Of a DNA stretch of 32,000 bases, positions 27,909-32,000 are shown piece by piece; position 1 is the first letter of the stretch, and each line of letters opens with the position of its first letter. The notes below the pieces were generated by a model. The model was not told where the DNA came from. It searched no databases and saw only the letters and a program-made list of their open reading frames with translations. Source of the DNA: Mycobacterium tuberculosis H37Rv (GTDB lineage: Bacteria > Actinomycetota > Actinomycetes > Mycobacteriales > Mycobacteriaceae); assembly GCF_000195955.2 (NCBI RefSeq), contig NC_000962.3, forward strand, positions 1,410,001 to 1,442,000, written 5' to 3'. The translations under genes were made by a program, and so were the position numbers.

Positions 27909-28907
27909 ATGGCAATAACCATAAATATGGTCAATCCTACCGGATTTATCAGGTATGAGGACGTGGAACAGGAAGCCATGACCAGCGATGTGACGGTGGG
28001 CCCCGCACCCGGCCAGTACCAACTGAGCCATCTGCGCTTGCTGGAGGCCGAAGCCATCCACGTCATCCGGGAGGTGGCCGCCGAGTTCGAGCGGCCAGTG
28101 CTGTTGTTCTCGGGGGGCAAGGACTCCATCGTCATGCTGCACCTGGCGCTGAAGGCGTTTCGGCCCGGGCGACTGCCGTTCCCGGTCATGCACGTCGACA
28201 CCGGTCACAACTTCGACGAAGTTATCGCTACCCGAGACGAGTTGGTCGCCGCGGCCGGGGTGCGGCTGGTGGTGGCGTCGGTGCAGGACGATATCGATGC
28301 CGGTCGGGTCGTCGAGACCATCCCGTCGCGAAATCCGATACAGACCGTGACGCTGCTGCGGGCCATCCGGGAGAACCAATTCGACGCGGCATTCGGGGGA
28401 GCCCGGCGCGACGAGGAGAAGGCCCGCGCCAAGGAGCGGGTGTTCAGCTTCCGCGACGAGTTCGGCCAGTGGGACCCGAAGGCTCAGCGGCCGGAACTGT
28501 GGAACCTCTACAACGGACGGCACCACAAGGGCGAGCACATCCGGGTCTTCCCGCTGTCCAACTGGACCGAATTCGACATCTGGTCCTACATCGGCGCCGA
28601 GCAGGTCAGGCTGCCGTCCATCTATTTCGCCCACCGGCGCAAGGTGTTTCAGCGCGACGGCATGTTGCTGGCCGTGCACCGGCACATGCAACCGCGAGCC
28701 GACGAGCCGGTGTTCGAGGCCACGGTGCGATTCCGCACCGTCGGGGATGTTACCTGCACCGGGTGCGTCGAGTCGTCGGCATCGACGGTCGCGGAAGTCA
28801 TCGCCGAAACTGCGGTGGCCCGCTTGACGGAGCGCGGGGCGACCAGGGCTGACGACCGGATCTCGGAGGCTGGAATGGAAGACCGCAAGCGGCAGGGATA
28901 CTTCTGA
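27909..28907 (+). CDS. cysD: Sulfate adenylyltransferase subunit 2 CysD, 332 aa from 27909; 309 aa from ATG 27978 (Rv1285)
   Basis: PP-loop motif VLLFSGGKDSIVML; MHVDTGHNF; C-terminal RKRQGYF; adjacent to cysNC. Confidence 0.95.
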   Translation: MAITINMVNPTGFIRYEDVEQEAMTSDVTVGPAPGQYQLSHLRLLEAEAIHVIREVAAEFERPVLLFSGGKDSIVMLHLALKAFRPGRLPFPVMHVDTGHNFDEVIATRDELVAAAGVRLVVASVQDDIDAGRVVETIPSRNPIQTVTLLRAIRENQFDAAFGGARRDEEKARAKERVFSFRDEFGQWDPKAQRPELWNLYNGRHHKGEHIRVFPLSNWTEFDIWSYIGAEQVRLPSIYFAHRRKVFQRDGMLLAVHRHMQPRADEPVFEATVRFRTVGDVTCTGCVESSASTVAEVIAETAVARLTERGATRADDRISEAGMEDRKRQGYF

Positions 28908-30751
28908 TGACGACGCTATTGCGGCTGGCGACAGCGGGTTCCGTCGACGATGGCAAGTCCACGCTGATTGGGCGGCTACTCTACGACTCCAAGGCTGTGA
29001 TGGAAGACCAGTGGGCGTCGGTGGAGCAAACGTCCAAGGACCGGGGCCACGACTACACCGACCTGGCTCTGGTCACCGACGGCCTGCGGGCCGAGCGGGA
29101 ACAGGGCATCACCATCGACGTTGCCTACCGCTACTTCGCCACTCCCAAGCGGAAATTCATCATTGCCGACACCCCGGGACACATCCAATACACCCGCAAC
29201 ATGGTGACCGGTGCGTCCACCGCCCAACTGGTGATCGTACTGGTGGATGCCCGGCACGGCTTGCTGGAGCAATCCCGCCGGCACGCCTTCCTGGCGTCGC
29301 TGCTGGGCATCCGCCACCTGGTGCTCGCGGTCAACAAGATGGACTTGCTTGGCTGGGACCAAGAGAAATTCGACGCGATTCGAGACGAATTCCACGCCTT
29401 CGCGGCCCGCCTCGACGTGCAGGACGTCACCTCCATCCCAATCTCCGCGCTGCACGGCGACAACGTGGTGACCAAATCCGACCAGACGCCCTGGTACGAG
29501 GGACCGTCGCTGCTGTCGCATCTCGAAGACGTCTACATCGCCGGTGACCGCAACATGGTCGACGTGCGATTCCCGGTCCAGTACGTCATCCGGCCGCACA
29601 CCCTCGAGCATCAAGACCACCGCAGCTACGCGGGCACCGTGGCCAGTGGGGTAATGCGTTCAGGCGACGAAGTTGTCGTGCTGCCGATCGGTAAGACCAC
29701 CCGGATCACCGCGATCGACGGCCCGAACGGCCCGGTGGCAGAAGCGTTTCCGCCGATGGCGGTTTCGGTGCGGCTCGCCGACGACATCGATATCTCGCGT
29801 GGTGACATGATCGCTCGCACCCACAACCAGCCCAGGATCACACAAGAATTCGACGCGACCGTGTGCTGGATGGCCGACAACGCGGTGCTAGAGCCCGGCC
29901 GCGACTACGTTGTCAAGCACACCACCCGAACCGTCCGCGCGAGGATAGCCGGGCTGGATTACCGGCTCGATGTCAACACCCTGCATCGCGACAAGACCGC
30001 AACGGCGTTGAAACTCAACGAACTGGGCCGTGTTTCGCTGCGCACCCAGGTGCCGTTGCTGCTTGACGAGTACACCCGCAACGCTAGCACCGGCTCGTTC
30101 ATCCTCATTGACCCCGACACCAACGGAACGGTGGCGGCGGGCATGGTGTTACGCGACGTCTCGGCCCGCACGCCTAGCCCGAACACGGTGCGGCACAGAT
30201 CGCTCGTCACTGCGCAAGATCGGCCGCCCAGGGGCAAGACGGTGTGGTTTACCGGACTGTCCGGCTCCGGCAAGTCGTCGGTGGCCATGCTGGTTGAGCG
30301 GAAGCTACTCGAAAAGGGCATCTCCGCTTACGTTCTGGACGGCGACAACCTACGGCATGGCCTCAACGCCGACCTGGGCTTTTCCATGGCCGACCGCGCG
30401 GAGAACCTGCGCCGGCTGTCGCATGTGGCCACACTGCTCGCCGATTGTGGCCACCTGGTGCTGGTGCCCGCGATCAGCCCCCTTGCTGAGCACCGTGCCC
30501 TGGCTCGTAAAGTGCACGCTGATGCGGGAATCGACTTTTTCGAGGTGTTCTGTGACACCCCGCTGCAGGACTGTGAGAGGCGTGATCCCAAAGGGTTGTA
30601 CGCCAAAGCGCGTGCGGGTGAGATCACGCACTTCACCGGGATCGACAGCCCATATCAGCGGCCCAAGAACCCAGACCTACGGCTTACGCCGGATCGCAGC
30701 ATAGACGAGCAGGCGCAGGAGGTTATCGACCTGTTGGAGTCATCGTCTTAG
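28907..30751 (+). CDS. cysN: Bifunctional sulfate adenylyltransferase subunit 1 / APS kinase (CysNC fusion), 614 aa (Rv1286)
   Basis: GTPase motifs (GSVDDGKST, DTPGH, NKMDL) fused to APS kinase (WFTGLSGSGKSSVA, LDGDNLRHGLNADLGF). Confidence 0.96.
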   Translation: MTTLLRLATAGSVDDGKSTLIGRLLYDSKAVMEDQWASVEQTSKDRGHDYTDLALVTDGLRAEREQGITIDVAYRYFATPKRKFIIADTPGHIQYTRNMVTGASTAQLVIVLVDARHGLLEQSRRHAFLASLLGIRHLVLAVNKMDLLGWDQEKFDAIRDEFHAFAARLDVQDVTSIPISALHGDNVVTKSDQTPWYEGPSLLSHLEDVYIAGDRNMVDVRFPVQYVIRPHTLEHQDHRSYAGTVASGVMRSGDEVVVLPIGKTTRITAIDGPNGPVAEAFPPMAVSVRLADDIDISRGDMIARTHNQPRITQEFDATVCWMADNAVLEPGRDYVVKHTTRTVRARIAGLDYRLDVNTLHRDKTATALKLNELGRVSLRTQVPLLLDEYTRNASTGSFILIDPDTNGTVAAGMVLRDVSARTPSPNTVRHRSLVTAQDRPPRGKTVWFTGLSGSGKSSVAMLVERKLLEKGISAYVLDGDNLRHGLNADLGFSMADRAENLRRLSHVATLLADCGHLVLVPAISPLAEHRALARKVHADAGIDFFEVFCDTPLQDCERRDPKGLYAKARAGEITHFTGIDSPYQRPKNPDLRLTPDRSIDEQAQEVIDLLESSS

Positions 30752-30804
30752 GCCGGCCTGGTTGCTCTGCTGTCCCTGGCAAGCGGGTGGCACAATCCTG
30801 AAGC

Positions 30805-31290
30805 ATGCGGATGTCAGCTAAGGCGGAGTACGCGGTGCGGGCGATGGTCCAGCTCGCCACGGCCGCCAGTGGCACCGTGGTCAAGACCGACGATCTGGCT
30901 GCGGCCCAAGGCATACCACCGCAGTTTCTCGTCGATATCCTGACCAACCTGCGCACCGACCGCCTGGTGCGAAGCCACCGCGGTCGCGAGGGTGGTTATG
31001 AATTGGCGCGTCCGGGCACCGAGATCAGCATCGCCGACGTATTGCGCTGCATCGACGGACCGCTGGCTAGTGTCCGCGATATCGGACTTGGCGACCTGCC
31101 CTACTCGGGCCCCACTACCGCGCTGACCGACGTTTGGCGCGCGCTGCGCGCCAGTATGCGGTCGGTGCTGGAGGAGACCACGCTGGCTGACGTTGCCGGT
31201 GGCGCGCTGCCCGAGCACGTCGCCCAGCTCGCCGACGACTATCGCGCGCAGGAGAGCACGCGGCACGGCGCCTCGCGCCATGGTGACTAG
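30805..31290 (+). CDS. Rrf2-family transcriptional regulator, 161 aa (Rv1287)
   Basis: [60 protein letters not shown]. Confidence 0.92.
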
Positions 31291-31347
31291 CCGCCAGAGC
31301 CATCGGCAGGGCCTGCCTGAGCCAGGTGCAACCGAAGGAGTCAACGA

Positions 31348-32000
31348 ATGGTCAGCACACATGCGGTTGTCGCGGGGGAGACGCTGTCGGCGTTGGCGTT
31401 GCGCTTCTATGGCGACGCGGAACTGTATCGGCTGATCGCCGCCGCCAGCGGGATCGCCGATCCCGACGTCGTCAATGTGGGGCAGCGGCTGATTATGCCT
31501 GACTTCACGCGATACACCGTTGTTGCCGGGGACACGCTGTCGGCGTTGGCGTTGCGCTTCTATGGCGACGCGGAATTGAATTGGCTGATCGCCGCCGCCA
31601 GCGGGATCGCCGATCCCGACGTCGTCAATGTGGGGCAGCGGCTGATTATGCCTGACTTCACGCGATACACCGTTGTTGCCGGGGACACGCTGTCGGCATT
31701 GGCTGCGCGCTTCTATGGCGACGCCTCCCTATATCCGCTTATCGCCGCCGTCAATGGCATCGCCGATCCTGGCGTCATCGACGTCGGGCAGGTACTGGTC
31801 ATATTCATCGGGCGTAGCGACGGGTTCGGCCTAAGGATCGTGGACCGCAACGAGAACGATCCCCGCCTGTGGTACTACCGGTTCCAGACCTCCGCGATCG
31901 GCTGGAACCCCGGAGTCAACGTCCTGCTTCCCGATGACTACCGCACCAGCGGACGCACCTATCCCGTCCTCTACCTGTTCCACGGCGGCGGCACCGACCA
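31348..32000 (+). CDS. LysM-domain (x3) cell-wall-associated esterase, 3' end beyond window (Rv1288)
   Basis: Three LysM modules (VVAGDTLSALALRFYGDAE...GIADPDVVNVGQRLIMP) followed by an esterase D-like start (LLPDDYRTSGRTYPVLYLFHGGGTD). Not in the ORF track because it is open at the window end. Confidence 0.93.
   Translation, partial: MVSTHAVVAGETLSALALRFYGDAELYRLIAAASGIADPDVVNVGQRLIMPDFTRYTVVAGDTLSALALRFYGDAELNWLIAAASGIADPDVVNVGQRLIMPDFTRYTVVAGDTLSALAARFYGDASLYPLIAAVNGIADPGVIDVGQVLVIFIGRSDGFGLRIVDRNENDPRLWYYRFQTSAIGWNPGVNVLLPDDYRTSGRTYPVLYLFHGGGTD
31381..31800 (+). repeat. 153-bp (51-aa) tandem repeat encoding LysM modules, 2 near-identical copies plus one diverged
   Basis: Copy 1 31381-31533 and copy 2 31534-31686 differ at about 3 positions by eye; copy 3 starts at 31687 in the same 153-nt register. 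Confidence 0.9.

Noticed and set aside
1-32000. CRISPR arrays, insertion sequences, prophage, tRNA/rRNA, PE/PPE genes
   Set aside because: Looked for and not seen; the only clear direct tandem repeat is the LysM-coding 153-bp unit.

Overview
Gene-dense, high-GC chromosomal segment. Its gene content and order match Mycobacterium tuberculosis complex Rv1262c-Rv1288. From recalled embR/pknH coordinates it is close to H37Rv 1,410,001-1,442,000, but no alignment was run. In order: HIT-family protein (partial), amidase amiB2, class III adenylyl cyclase Rv1264, the sRNA locus mcr11, abmR (Rv1265), Ser/Thr kinase pknH, FHA/SARP regulator embR, small secreted proteins Rv1268c, Rv1269c and Rv1271c plus lipoprotein lprA, a heterodimeric ABC exporter (Rv1273c-Rv1272c), lipoproteins lprB-lprC, a SixA-like phosphatase, an SbcD/SbcC-like pair (Rv1277-Rv1278), a GMC oxidoreductase, oppBCDA, a beta-carbonic anhydrase, cysD-cysNC, an Rrf2-family regulator, and a LysM-esterase (partial). 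I saw no tRNA/rRNA genes, insertion sequences, prophage or CRISPR. The strongest second-look item is the Rv1277-Rv1278 nuclease/ATPase pair. It is preceded by an exact match to the mycobacterial RecA-independent DNA-damage promoter (TTGTCGGTG-N8-TACACT). Its nuclease subunit has non-canonical metal-site motifs, its ATPase subunit has no zinc hook, and the promoter position argues for a shorter Rv1277. Other items: operator-like dyads inside the long-start version of cysD, several strong intergenic hairpins, catalytic asymmetry in the ABC exporter, and a near-identical 153-bp repeat in the LysM gene.
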